Shown piece by piece: positions 1 to 16,210 of a stretch of DNA of 64,000 nt. The notes beneath the pieces were generated by a model that worked only from the letters and a program-made list of their open reading frames with translations, did not search any database and had not been told where the DNA came from. The DNA is from Eledone cirrhosa (Eukaryota). How positions within the stretch are numbered: the stretch's first letter is position 1; every line of letters begins with the position of its first letter. The translations under genes and the position numbers were made by a program. The stretch covers positions 208,258,001 through 208,322,000 of the forward strand of contig OZ024743.1 of the NCBI GenBank assembly GCA_964016885.1. The letters are read 5' to 3'.

Positions 1-3000
1 ACAGTCAAGACAATGTCTTTATACAGTCAAGACAATGTCTATATATGGTCAAGACAATGTCTATATATGGTCAAGGCAATGTCTATATAAGGTCAAGACA
101 ATTTCTATATACGGTCAAGACAATGTCTATATACAATCAAGACGATGTCTAAATATGGTCAAGACAATGTCTATATACAGTCAAGACAATGTCTATATAC
201 AGTCAAGATAATGTCTATATACAGTCAAGACAATGTCTATATACGGTCAAGACAATGTCTATATACAGTCAAGACAATATCTATATACAGTCAAGACAAT
301 GTCTATATACAGTCAAGACAATGTCTATATACAGTCAAGACAATGTCTATATACGGTCAAGACAATGTCTATATACAGTCAAAACAATATCTATATACGG
401 TCAAGACAATGTCTATATACAGTCAAGACAATGTCTATATACAGGCAAGACAATGTCTATATACGGTCAAGACAATGTCTATATACAGTCAAGACAATAT
501 CTATATACAGTCAAGACAATGTCTATATACAGTCAAGACAATGTCTAAATATGGTCAAGACAATGTCTATATACAGTCAAGACAATGTCTCTATACAGTC
601 AAGACAATGTCTATATACAGTCAAGACAATGTCTATATACATTCAAGACAACGTATATATACGGTCAAGACAATGTCTATATAATCAAGGCAATGTCTAT
701 ATATGATCAAGTCAAGGTCTCTATACAGTCAAGACAATGTCTATATACAGGCAAGACAATGTCTCTATACAGTCAAGACAATGTCTATATACAGTCAAGA
801 CAATGTCTCTATACAGTCAAGACAATGTCTATATACAGTCAAGACAATGTCTATATACGGTCAAGACAATGTCTATATACAGTCAAGACAATGTCTATAT
901 ACAGTCGAGACAATGTCTATATACAGTCAAGACAATGTCTATATACAGTAAAGGCAATGTCTATATACGGTCAAGTCAAGGTCTCTATACAGTCAAGATG
1001 ATGTCTATATACAGTCAAGACAATGTCTATATACGGTCAAGACAATGTCTATATACGGTCAAGACAATGTCTATATACAGTCAAGACAATGTCTTTATAC
1101 AGTCAAGACAATGTCTATATATGGTCAAGACAATGTCTATATATGGTCAAGACAATGTCTATATAAGGTCAAGACAATGTCTATATACGGTCAAGACAAT
1201 GTCTATATACAATGAAGACGATGTCAAGTCAAGGTCTATATACAGTCAAGACAACATCTATATACAGTCAAGACAATGTCTTTATACAATCAAGACAATG
1301 TCTTTATACAGTCAAGACAATGTCTCTATACGGACAAGTCAAGGTCTCTATACAGTCAAGACAATGTCTATATACAGTCAAGACAATGTCTCTATACAGT
1401 CAAGACAATGTCTATATACAGTCAAGACAATGTCTATATACGGTCAAGACAATGTCTATATACAGTCAAGACAATGTCTATATAAAGTCGAGACAATGTC
1501 TATATACAGTCAAGACAATGTCTATATACGGTCAAGTCAAGGTCTATATACAGTCAAGACGATGTCTATATACAGTCAAGACAATGTCTTTATACATTCA
1601 AGACAATGTCTATATATGGTCAAGACAATGTCTATATACAGTCAAGACAATGTCTATATACGGTCAATCTAGGTCTATATACACTCAAGACAATGTCTAT
1701 ATACAGTCAATACAATGTCTTTATTCAGTCAAGACAATGTCTATATATGGTCAAGACAATGTCTATATATGGTCAAGGCAATGTCTATATAAGGTCAAGA
1801 CAATGTCTATATACGGTCAAGACAATGTCTATATACAATCAAGACGATGTCTATATATGGTCAAGACAATGTCTATATACAGTCAAGACAATGTCTATAT
1901 ACGGTAAATCTAGGTCTATATACAGTCAAGACAATGTCTATATACAGTCAAGACAATGTCTTTATTCAGTCAAGACAATGTCTATATATGGTCAAGACAA
2001 TGTCTATATATGGTCAAGGCAATGTCTATATAAGGTCAAGACAATGTCTATATACGGTCAAGACAATGTCTATATACAATCAAGACGATGTCTATATATG
2101 GTCAAGACAATGTCTATATACAGTCAAGACAATGTCTATAAACAGTCAAGATAATGTCTATATACAGTCAAGACAATGTCTATATACGGTCAAGACAATG
2201 TCTATATACAGTCAAGACAATATCTATATACGGTCAAGACAATTTCTATATACAGTCAAGACAATGTCTATATACGGTCAAGACAATGTATATATACGGT
2301 CAAGACAATGTCTTTATACAGTCAAGACAATGCCTATATATGGTCAAGTCAAGGTCTCTATACAGTCAAGACAATGTCTATATACAGTCAAGACAATGTC
2401 TCTATACAGTCAAGACAATGTCTATATACAGTCAAGACAATATCTATATACGGTCAAGACAATGTCTATATACAGTCAAGACAATGTCTATATACAGGCA
2501 AGACAATGTCTATATAGTCAAGGCAATGTCTATATACGATCAAGTCAAGGTCTCTATACAGTCAAGACAATGTCTATATACAGGCAAGACAATGTCTATA
2601 TACGGTAAAGACAATGTCTCTATACGGTTAAGACAATGCCTATATACAGTCAAGACAATGTCTATATACGGTCAAATCAATGTCTATATACAGTCAAGAC
2701 AATGTCTATATACGGTCAAGACAATGTCTATATACAGTCAAGACAATGTCTATATACGTTCAAGACAATGTATATATACGGTCAAGACAATGTCTATATA
2801 GTCAAGGCAATGTCTATATACGATCAAGTCAAGGTCTCTATACAGTCAAGACAATGTCTATATACAGTCAAGACAATGTCTATATACGGTCAAGACAATG
2901 TCTATATATGGTCAAGACAATGTCTATATACAGTCATGACAATGTCTATATACAGTCAAGACAATGTCTATATACGGTCAAGACAATGTCTATATACAGT

Positions 3001-6000
3001 CAAGACAATATCTATATACGGTCAAGACAATGTCTATATACAGTCAAGACAATGTCTATATACAGGCAAGACAATGTCTATATACGGTAAAGACAATGTC
3101 TCTATACGGTCAAGACAATGTCTATATACAGTCAAGACAATGTCTTTATACAGTCAAGACAATGTCTTTATACAGTCAAGACAATGTCTATATACGGTCA
3201 AGACAATGTCTATATATGGTGAAGACGATGTCTATATACAATCAAGACGATGTCTATATACGGTCAAGACAATGTCTTTATACAGTCAAGACAATGTCTA
3301 TATATGGTCAAGACAATGTCTATATATGGTCAAGACAATGTCTATATACAGGCAACACAATGTCTATATACGGTAAAGACAATGTCTCTATACGGTCAAG
3401 ACAATGTCTATATACAGTCAAGACAATGTCTATATACGGTCAAGACAATGTCTATATACAGTCAAGACAATGTCTATATACATTCATGACAATGTATATA
3501 TACGGTCAAGACAATGTCTATATACGGTCAAGACAATAGCTATATACAGTCAAGACAATGTCTCTATACGGTCAAGACAATGTCTATATACAGTCAAGAC
3601 AATGTCTATATACGGTCAAGACAATGTCTATATACGGTCAAGACAATGTCTATATACGGTCAAGACAATGTCTATATACAGTCAAGACAATGTCTATATA
3701 CAGTCAAGACAATGTCTATATACGGTCAAGACAATGTATATATACAGTCAAGACAATATCTATATACGGTCAAGACAATGTCTATATACAGTCAAGGCAA
3801 TGTCTATATACAGGCAAGACAATGTCTATATACGGTAAAGACAATGTCTCTATACGGTCAAGACAATGTCTATATACAGTCAAGGCAATGTCTATATACG
3901 GTCAAGACAATGTCTATATACAGTCAAGACAATGTCTATATACGGTCAAGACAATGTCTATATATGGTCAAGACAATGTCTATATACAATCAAGACGATG
4001 TCTATATACGGTAAAGACAATGTCTCTATACGGTCAAGACAATGTCTTTATACAGTCAAGACAATGTCTATATACGGTCAAGACAATGACTATATATGGT
4101 CAAGACAATCTCTATATACAGTCAAGACAATGTCTATATACAGTCAAGACAATGTCTATATACCGTCAAGACAATGTCTATATACAGTCAAGACAATATC
4201 TATATACGGTCAAGACAATATCTATATATGGTCAAGACAATGTCTATATACAGTCAAGACAATGTCTATATACAGTCAAGACAATGTCTATATACAGTCA
4301 AGACAATGTTTATATCCGGTCAAGACAATGTCTCTATATGGTCAAGACAATGTCTATATACAGTCAAGACAATGTCTATATACAGTCAAGACAATATCTA
4401 TATACAGTCAAGACAATGTCTCTATACGGTAAAGACAATGTCTATATATAGTCAAGACAATGTCTATATACAGTCAAGACAATGTCTATATACAGTCAAG
4501 ACAATGTCTATATACGGTCAAGACAATGTCTATATACAGTCAAGACAATGTCTATATACAGTCAAGACAATGTCTATATACAGTCAAGACAATGTCTCTA
4601 TACGGTAAAGACAATGTCTCTATACGGTCAAGACAATGTCTATATACAGTCAAGACAATGTCTATATACAGTCATGACAATGTATATATACAGTTAAGAC
4701 AATGTCTATATACACTCAAGACAATGTTTATATATGGTCAAGACAATGTCTATATACAGTCAAGACAATGTCTATATACAGTCAAGACAATGTCTATATA
4801 CGGTCAAGACCATGTCTATATACAGTCAAGACAATATCTATATACGGTCAAGACAATGTCTATATACAGTCAAGACAATGTCTATATACAGGCAAGACAA
4901 TGTCTATATACAGGCAAGACAATGTCTATATACGGTAAAGACAATGTCTCTATATGGTCAAGACAATGTCTATATACAGTCAAGACAATGTCTATATACG
5001 GTCAAATCAATGTCTATATACAGTCAAGACAATGTCTATATACGGTCAAGACAATGTCTATATACAGTCAAGACAATGTCTCTATACGGTCAAGACAATG
5101 TCTATATACAGTCAAGACAATGTCTATATACGGTCAAGACAATGTCTATATACGGTCAAGACAATGTCTATATACGGTCAAGACAATGTCTATATACAGT
5201 CAAGACAATGTCTATATACAGTCAAGACAATGTCTATATACGGTCAAGACAATGTATATATACAGTCAAGACAATATCTATATACGGTCAAGACAATGTC
5301 TATATACAGTCAAGGCAATGTCTATATACAGGCAAGACAATGTCTATATACGGTAAAGACAATGTCTCTATACGGTCAAGACAATGTCTATATACGGTCA
5401 AGACAATGTCTATATACAGTCAAGACAATGTCTATATACGGTCAAGACAATGTCTATATACAGTCAAGACAATGTCTATATACGGTCAAGACAATGTCTA
5501 TATATGGTCAAGACAATGTCTATATACAATCAAGACGATGTCTATATACGGTAAAGACAATGTCTCTATACGGTCAAGACAATGTCTTTATACGGTCAAG
5601 ACAATGTCTATATACGGTCAAGACAATGTCTATATATGGTCAAGACAATCTCTATATACAGTCAAGACAATGTCTATATACAGTCAAGACAATGTCTATA
5701 TACCGTCAAGACAATGTCTATATACAGTCAAGACAATATCTATATACGGTCAAGACAATGTCTATATACAGTCAAGACAATGTCTATATACAGGCAAGAC
5801 AATGTCTATATACGGTAAAGACAATGTCTCTATACGGTCAAGACAATGTCTATATACAGTCAAGTCAATATCTATATATGGTCAAGACAATGTCTATATA
5901 CAGTCAAGACAATGTCTATATACAGTCAAGACAATGTCTATATACAGTCAAGACAATGTCTATATATGGTAAACACAATGTCTCTATACGGTCAAGACAA

Positions 6001-9000
6001 TGTCTATATACAGTCAAGACAATGTTTATATCCGGTCAAGACAATGTCTCTATATAGTCAAGACAATGTCTATATACAGTCAAGACAATGTCTATATACA
6101 GTCAAGACAATATCTATATACAGTCAAGACAATGTCTCTATACGGTAAAGACAATGTCTATATATAGTCAAGACAATGTCTATATACAGTCAAGACAATG
6201 TCTATATACAGTCAAGACAATGTCTATATACGGTCAAGACAATGTCTATATACAGTCAAGACAATGTCTATATACAGTCAAGACAATGTCTATATACAGT
6301 CAAGACAATGTCTCTATACGGTAAAGACAATGTCTCTATACGGTCAAGACAATGTCTATATACAGTCAAGACAATGTCTATATATGCACAGTCAAGACAA
6401 TGTCTATATACAGTCATGACAATGTATATATACAGTTAAGACAATGTCTATATACACTCAAGACAATGTTTATATATGGTCAAGACAATGTCTATATACA
6501 GTCAAGACAATGTCTATATACAGTCAAGACAATGTCTATATACGGTCAAGACAATGTCTATATACAGTCAAGACAATATCTATATACGGTCAAGACAATG
6601 TCTATATACAGTCAAGACAATGTCTATATACAGGCAAGACAATGTCTATATACGGTAAAGACAATGTCTCTATACGGTCAAGACAATGTCTATATACAGT
6701 CAAGACAATGTCTATATACGGTCAAATCAATGTCTATATACAGTCAAGACAATGTCTATATACGGTCAAGACAATATCTATATACAGTCAAGACAATGTC
6801 TATATACGTTCAAGACAATGTATATATACGGTCAAGACAATGTCTATATAGTCAAGGCAATGTCTATATACGATCAAGTCAAGGTCTCTATACAGTCAAG
6901 ACAATGTCTATATACAGTCAAGACAATGTCTACATACGGTCAAGACAATGTCTATATATGGTCAAGACAATGTCTATATACAATCAAGACGATGTCTATA
7001 TACGGTCAAGACAATGTCTTTATACAGTCAAGACAATGTCTATATATGGTCAAGACAATGTCTATATATGGTCAAGACAATGTCTATATACAGGCAAGAC
7101 AATGTCTATATACGGTAAAGACAATGTCTCTATACGGTCAAGACAATGTCTATATACAGTCAAGACAATGTCTATATACGGTCAAGACAATGTCTATATA
7201 CAGTCAAGACAATGTCTATATACATTCAAGACAATGTATATATACGGTCAAGACAATGTCTATATACGGTCAAGACAATGTCTATATACAGTCAAGACAA
7301 TGTCTCTATACGGTCAAGACAATGTCTATATACAGTCAAGACAATGTCTATATACGGTCAAGACAATGTCTATATACGGTCAAGACAATGTCTATATACG
7401 GTCAAGACAATGTCTATATACAGTCAAGACAATGTCTATATACAGTCAAGACAATGTCTATATACGGTCAAGACAATGTATATATACAGTCAAGACAATA
7501 TCTATATACGGTCAAGACAATGTCTATATACAGTCAAGGCAATGTCTATATACAGGCAAGACAATGTCTATATACGGTAAAGACAATGTCTCTATACGGT
7601 CAAGACAATGTCTATATACAGTCAAGACAATGTCTATATACGGTCAAGACAATGTCTATATACAGTCAAGACAATGTCTATATACGGTCAAGACAATGTC
7701 TATATATGGTCAAGACAATGTCTATATACAATCAAGACGATGTCTATATACGGTAAAGACAATGTCTCTATACGGTCAAGACAATGTCTTTATACAGTCA
7801 AGACAATGTCTATATACGGTCAAGACAATGACTATATATGGTCAAGACAATCTCTATATACAGTCAAGACAATGTCTATATACAGTCAAGAGAATGTCTA
7901 TATACCGTCAAGACAATGTCTATATACAGTCAAGACAATATCTATATACGGTCAAGACAATGTCTATATACAGTCAAGACAATGTCTATATACAGGCAAG
8001 ACAATGTCTATATACGGTAAAGACAATGTCTCTATACGGTCAAGACAATGTCTATATACAGTCAAGACAATATCTATATATGGTCAAGACAATGTCTATA
8101 TACAGTCAAGACAATGTCTATATACAGTCAAGACAATGTCTATATACAGTCAAGACAATGTCAATATATGGTAAACACAATGTCTCTATACGGTCAAGTC
8201 AATGTCTATATACAGTCAAGACAATGTTTATATCCGGTCAAGACAATGTCTCTATATGGTCAAGACAATGTCTATATACAGTCAAGACAATGTCTATATA
8301 CAGTCAAGACAATATCTATATACAGTCAAGACAATATCTATATACAGTCAAGACAATGTCTCTATACGGTAAAGACAATGTCTATATATAGTCAAGACAA
8401 TGTCTATATACAGTCAAGACAATGTCTATATACAGTCAAGACAATGTCTATATACGGTCAAGACAATGTCTATCTATGGTCAAGACAATGTCTATATACA
8501 ATCAAGACGATGTCTATATACGGTAAAGACAATGTCTCTATACGGTCAAGACAATGTCTTTATACAGTCAAAACAATGTCTATATACGGTCAAGACAATG
8601 TCTATATATGGTCAAGACAATGTCTATATACAGTCATGACAATGTCTATATACAGTCAAGACAATGTCTATATACGGTCAAGACAATGTCTATATACAGT
8701 CAAGACAATATCTATATACGGTCAAGACAATGTCTATATACAGTCAAGACAATGTCTATATACAGGCAAGACAATGTCTATATACGGTAAAGACAATGTC
8801 TCTATACGGTCAAGACAATGTCTATATACAGTCAAGACAATGTATTTATACAGTCAAGACAATGTCTTTATACAGTCAAGACGATGTCTATATATGGTCA
8901 AGACAATCTCTATATACAGTCAAGACAATGTCTATATACAGTCAAGATAATGTCTATATACAGTCAAGACAATGTCTATATACAGTCAAGACAATGTCTA

Positions 9001-12000
9001 TATACAGTGAAGACAATATCTATATACGGTCAAGACAATGTCTATATACAGTCAAGACAATGTCTATATACGGTGAAGACAATGTCTATATACAGTCAAG
9101 ACAATGTCTATATACGGTCAAGACAATGTCTATATACAGTCAAGACAATGTCTATATACGGTCAAGACAATGTCTATATACATTCAAGGCAATGTCTATA
9201 TACGATCAAGTCAAGGTCTCTATACAGTCAAGACAATGTCTATATACAGTCAAGACAATGTCTATATACGGTCAAATCAATGTATATATACAGTCAAGAC
9301 AATGTCTATATACGGTCAAGACAATGTCTATATACAGTCAAGACAATGTCTATATACGTTCAAGACAATGTATATATACGGTCAAGACAATGTCTATATA
9401 GTCAAGGCAATGTCTATATACGATCAAGTCAAGGTCTCTATACAGTCAAGACAATGTCTATATACAGTCAAGACAATGTCTATATACGGTCAAGACAATG
9501 TCTATATATGGTCAGGACAATGTCTATATACAATCAAGACGATGTCTATATACGGTAAAGACAATGTCTCTATACGGTCAAAACAATGTCTATATACGGT
9601 CAAGACAATGTCTATATATGGTCAAGACAATGTCTATATACAGTCATGACAATGTCTATATACAGTCAAGACAATGTCTATATACGGTCAAGACAATGTC
9701 TATATACAGTCAAGACAATATCTATATACGGTCAAGACAATGTCTATATACAGTCAAGACAATGTCTATATACAGGCAAGACAATGTCTATATACGGTAA
9801 AGACAATGTCTCTATACGGTCAAGACAATGTCTATATACAGTCAAGACAATGTCTTTATACAGTCAAGACAATGTCTTTATACAGTCAAGACGATGTCTA
9901 TATATGGTCAAGACAATCTTTATATACAGTCAAGATAATGTCTATATACAGTCAAGATAATGTCTATATACAGTCAAGACAATGTCTATATACAGTCAAG
10001 ACAATGTCTATATACAGTGAAGACAATATCTATATACGGTCAAGACAATGTCTATATACAGTCAAGACAATGTCTATATACGGTCAAGACAATGTCTATA
10101 TACAGTCAAGACAATGTCTATATACGGTCAAGACAATGTCTATATACAGTCAAGACAATGTCTATATACGGTCAAGACAATGTCTATATACATTCAAGGC
10201 AATGTCTATATACGATCAAGTCAAGGTCTCTATACAGTCAAGACAATGTCTATATACAGTCAAGACAATGTCTTTATACAGTCAAGACAATGTCTATATA
10301 CGGTCAAGACAATGTCTATATACAGTCAAGACAATATCTATATACGGTCAAGACAATGTCTATATACAGTCAAGACAATGTCTATATACAGGCAAGACAA
10401 TGTCTATATACGGTAAAGACAATGTCTCTATACGGTTAAGACAATGCCTATATACAGTCAAGGCAATGTCTATATACGGTCAAATCAATGTCTATATACA
10501 GTCAAGACAATGTCTATATACGGTCAAGACAATGTCTATATACAGTCAAGACAATGTCTATATACGTTCAAGACAATGTATATATACGGTCAAGACAATG
10601 TCTATATAGTCAAGGCAATGTCTATATACGATCAAGTCAAGGTCTCTATACAGTCAAGACAATGTCTATATACAGTCAAGACAATGTCTATATACGGTCA
10701 AGACAATGTCTATATATGGTCAAGACAATGTCTATATACAATCAATACGATGTCTATATATGGTAAAGACAATGTCTCTATACGGTCAAGACAATGTCTT
10801 TATACAGTCAAGACAATGTCTATATACGGTCAAGACAATGTCTATATATGGTCAAGACAATGTCTATATACAGTCATGACAATGTCTATATACAGTCAAG
10901 ACAATGTCTATATACGGTCAAGACAATGTCTATATACAGTCAAGACAATATCTATATACGGTCAAGACAATGTCTATATACAGTCAAGACAATGTCTATA
11001 TACAGGCAAGACAATGTCTATATACGGTAAAGACAATGTCTCTATACGGTCAAGACAATGTCTATATACAGTCAAGACAATGTCTTTATACAGTCAAGAC
11101 AATGTCTTTATACAGTCAAGACAATGTCTATATACGGTCAAGACAATGTCTATATATGGTGAAGACGATGTCTATATACAATCAAGACGATGTCTATATA
11201 CGGTCAAGACAATGTCTTTATACAGTCAAGACAATGTCTATATATGGTCAAGACAATGTCTATATATGGTCAAGACAATGTCTATATACAGGCAAGACAA
11301 TGTCTATATACGGTAAAGACAATGTCTCTATACGGTCAAGACAATGTCTATATACAGTCAAGACAATGTCTATATACGGTCAAGACAATGTCTATATACA
11401 GTCAAGACAATGTCTATATACATTCAAGACAATGTATATATACGGTCAAGACAATGTCTATATACGGTCAAGACAATGTCTATATACAGTCAAGACAATG
11501 TCTATATACATTCAAGACAATGTATATATACGGTCAAGACAATGTCTATATACGGTCAAGACAATGTCTATAGACAGTCAAGACAATGTCTCTATACGGT
11601 CAAGACAATGTCTATATACAGTCAAGACAATGTCTATATACGGTCAAGACAATGTCTATATACGGTCAAGACAATGTCTATATACGGTCAAGACAATGTC
11701 TATATACAGTCAAGACAATGTCTATATACAGTCAAGACAATGTCTATATACGGTCAAGACAATGTATATATACAGTCAAGACAATATCTATATACGGTCA
11801 AGACAATGTCTATATACAGTCAAGGCAATGTCTATATACAGGCAAGACAATGTCTATATACGGTAAAGACAATGTCTCTATACGGTCAAGACAATGTCTA
11901 TATACAGTCAAGACAATGTCTATATACGGTCAAGACAATGTCTATATACAGTCAAGACAATGTCTATATACGGTCAAGACAATGTCTATATATGGTCAAG

Positions 12001-15000
12001 ACAATGTCTATATACAATCAAGACGATGTCTATATACGGTAAAGACAATGTCTCTATACGGTCAAGACAATGTCTTTATACAGTCAAGACAATGTCTTTA
12101 TACAGTCAAGACAATGTCTATATACGGTCAAGACAATGTCTATATATGGTGAAGACGATGTCTATATACAATCAAGACGATGTCTATATACGGTCAAGAC
12201 AATGTCTTTATACAGTCAAGACAATGTCTATATATGGTCAAGACAATGTCTATATATGGTCAAGACAATGTCTATATACAGGCAAGACAATGTCTATATA
12301 CGGTAAAGACAATGTCTCTATACGGTCAAGACAATGTCTATATACAGTCAAGACAATGTCTATATACGGTCAAGACAATGTCTATATACAGTCAAGACAA
12401 TGTCTATATACATTCAAGACAATGTATATATACGGTCAAGACAATGTCTATATACGGTCAAGACAATGTCTATATACAGTCAAGACAATGTCTATATACA
12501 TTCAAGACAATGTATATATACGGTCAAGACAATGTCTATATACGGTCAAGACAATGTCTATAGACAGTCAAGACAATGTCTCTATACGGTCAAGACAATG
12601 TCTATATACAGTCAAGACAATGTCTATATACGGTCAAGACAATGTCTATATACGGTCAAGACAATGTCTATATACGGTCAAGACAATGTCTATATACAGT
12701 CAAGACAATGTCTATATACAGTCAAGACAATGTCTATATACGGTCAAGACAATGTATATATACAGTCAAGACAATATCTATATACGGTCAAGACAATGTC
12801 TATATACAGTCAAGGCAATGTCTATATACAGGCAAGACAATGTCTATATACGGTAAAGACAATGTCTCTATACGGTCAAGACAATGTCTATATACAGTCA
12901 AGACAATGTCTATATACGGTCAAGACAATGTCTATATACAGTCAAGACAATGTCTATATACGGTCAAGACAATGTCTATATATGGTCAAGACAATGTCTA
13001 TATACAATCAAGACGATGTCTATATACGGTAAAGACAATGTCTCTATACGGTCAAGACAATGTCTTTATACAGTCAAGACAATGTCTATATACGGTCAAG
13101 ACAATGACTATATATGGTCAAGACAATCTCTATATACAGTCAAGACAATGTCTATATACAGTCAAGACAATGTCTATATACCGTCAAGACAATGTTTATA
13201 TACAGTCAAGACAATATCTATATACGGTCAAGACAATGTCTATATACAGTCAAGACAATGTCTATATACAGTCAAGACAATGTCTATATATGGTAAACAC
13301 AATGTCTCTATACGGTCAAGACAATGTCTATATACAGTCAAGACAATGTTTATATCCGGTCAAGATAATGTCTCTACATGGTCAAGACAATGTCTATATA
13401 CAGTCAAGACAATGTCTATATACAGTCAAGACAATATCTATATACAGTCAAGACAATGTCTCTATACGGTAAAGACAATGTCTATATATAGTCAAGACAA
13501 TGTCTATATACAGTCAAGACAATGTCTATATACAGTCAAGACAATGTCTATATACGGTCAAGACAATGTCTATATACAGTCAAGACAATGTCTATATACA
13601 GTCAAGACAATGTCTATATACAGTCAAGACAATGTCTCTATACGGTAAAGACAATGTCTCTATACGGTCAAGACAATGTCTATATACAGTCAAGACAATG
13701 TCTATATATGCACAGTCAACACAATGTCTATATACAGTCATGACAATGTATATATACAGTTAAGACAATGTCTATATACACTCAAGACAATGTTTATATA
13801 TGGTCAAGGCAATGTCTATATACAGTCAAGACAATGTCTATATACAGTCAAGACAATGTCTATATACGGTCAAGACCATGTCTATATACAGTCAAGACAA
13901 TATCTATATACGGTCAAGACAATGTCTATATACAGTCAAGACAATGTCTATATACAGGCAAGACAATGTCTATATACGGTAAAGACAATGTCTCTATACG
14001 GTCAAGACAATGTCTATATACAGTCAAGACAATGTCTATATACGGTCAAATCAATGTCTATATACAGTCAAGACTATGTCTATATACGGTCAAGACAATG
14101 TCTATATACAGTCAAGACAATGTCTATATACGTTCAAGACAATGTATATATACGGTCAAGACAATGTCTATATAGTCAAGGCAATGTCTATATACGATCA
14201 AGTCAAGGTCTCTATACAGTCAAGACAATGTCTATATACAGTCAAGACAATGTCTATATACGGTCAAGACAATGTCTATATATGGTCAAGACAATGTCTA
14301 TATACAATCAAGACGATGTCTATATACAGTCAAGACAATGTCTATATACGTTCAAGACAATGTATATATACAGTCATGACAATGTCTATATACAGTCAAG
14401 ACAATGTCTATATACGGTCAAGACAATGTCTATATACAGTCAAGACAATGTCTATATACGGTCAAGACAATGTCTATATATGGTCAAGACAATGTCTATA
14501 TACAATCAAGACGATGTCTATATACGGTAAAGACAATGTCTCTATACGGTCAAGACAATGTCTATATACCGTCAAGACAATGTCTATATACAGTCAAGAC
14601 AATATCTATATACGGTCAAGACAATGTCTATATACAGTCAAGACAATGTCTATATACAGGCAAGACAATGTCTATATACGGTAAAGACAATGTCTCTATA
14701 CGGTCAAGACAATGTCTATATACAGTCAAGACAATATCTATATATGGTCAAGACAATGTCTATATACAGTCAAGACAATGTCTATATACAGTCAAGACAA
14801 TGTCTATATACAGTCAAGACAATGTCTATATACGGTAAACACAATGTCTCTATACGGTCAAGACAATGTCTATATACAGTCAAGACAATGTTTATATCCG
14901 GTCAAGACAATGTCTCTATATGGTCAAGACAATGTCTATATACAGTCAAGACAATGTCTATATACAGTCAAGACAATATCTATATACAGTCAAGACAATG

Positions 15001-15376
15001 TCTCTATACGGTAAAGACAATGTCTATATATAGTCAAGACAATGTCTATATACAGTCAAGACAATGTCTATATACAGTCAAGACAATGTCTATATACGGT
15101 CAAGACAATGTCTATATACAGTCAAGACAATGTCTATATACAGTCAAGACAATGTCTATATACAGTCAAGACAATGTCTCTATACGGTAAAGACAATGTC
15201 TCTATACGGTCAAGACAATGTCTATATACAGTCAAGACAATGTCTATATATGCACAGTCAACACAATGTCTATATACAGTCATGACAATGTATATATACA
15301 GTTAAGACAATGTCTATATACACTCAAGACAATGTTTATATATGGTCAAGACAATGTCTATATACAGTCAAGACAA
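1..15376. repeat. 22-bp tandem satellite, consensus ACAGTCAAGACAATGTCTATAT, ~700 copies, continues beyond left window edge
   Basis: Continuous 22-bp periodicity read directly. Recurrent variants include ACGGTC/ATGGTC, CAGGCAAG, GGTAAAG and the shortened GTCAAGTCAAGG junction. Ends abruptly at ...AAGACAA|ATCTGAAC. Confidence 0.99.
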
Positions 15377-15440
15377 ATCTGAACTGCTTTTGTGAATAAA
15401 GATTTTGAAATATCTTTCAAAGAGGACATGATCCCCAAGT

Positions 15441-15740
15441 ACACACCAACAACATAAACACAGTCACTACACACCAACAACATAAACACAGTCACTACAC
15501 ACCAACAACATAAACACAGTCACTACACACGAACAACATAAACACAGTCACTACACACCAACAACATAAATACAGTCACTACACACCAACACATAAACAC
15601 AGTCACTACACACCAACAACATAAACACAGTCACTACACACCAACAACATAAACACAGTCACTACACACGAACAACATAAACACAGTCACTACACACCAA
15701 CAACATAAACACAGTCACTACACATGAACAACATAGATAC
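15441..15740. repeat. 28-bp minisatellite ACACACCAACAACATAAACACAGTCACT, ~10-11 copies
   Basis: Units start at 15441, 15469 and onward; near-identical copies. Confidence 0.95.
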
Positions 15741-16210
15741 ACAGATTATTACACACAGTCACTATCCACATAAGTTACACAGATCTAAGCTACACACATC
15801 TAAGTTACACATATCTAAGCTACACACAGTGCCACTCCACACAGTGCAACTCCACACATATAAGCTACACACAGCCACTACACACATCTAAACTACACAC
15901 ATCTAAACTACACACAGTCACTACACACATCTAAGCTACACACAGCCACTACACACATCTAAACTACACAGTGCCACTACACACAGCCACTACACACGTA
16001 TAAGCTCCACACATCTAAGCTACACACAGTCACTCCACACATCTAAGCTATACACAGCCACTACACATATCTAAACTACACACAGCCACTACACACATCT
16101 AAACTACACACAGCCACTACAGTCATTCCACACATTTAAGCTACACACAGCCACTACACACATCTAAGCTACCCAGTGCGACTTCACACACCTCAGCTAC
16201 CCAGTGCCAC
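15741..16210. repeat. Degenerate short-unit CA-rich minisatellite (ACACATCTAAGCT / ACACACAGCCACT units)
   Basis: Interleaved 13-15-bp units visible directly, continuing the CA-rich 28-mer. Confidence 0.85.

Noticed and set aside
145-15305. Dozens of long plus-strand ORFs encoding (MSIYSQDNVYIQSRQCLYTVKT)n
   Set aside because: The 22-bp unit has no plus-strand stop and 22 mod 3 = 1, so all three frames give the same 22-aa repeat. Stops and frameshifting indels occur freely, with no sign of coding constraint.
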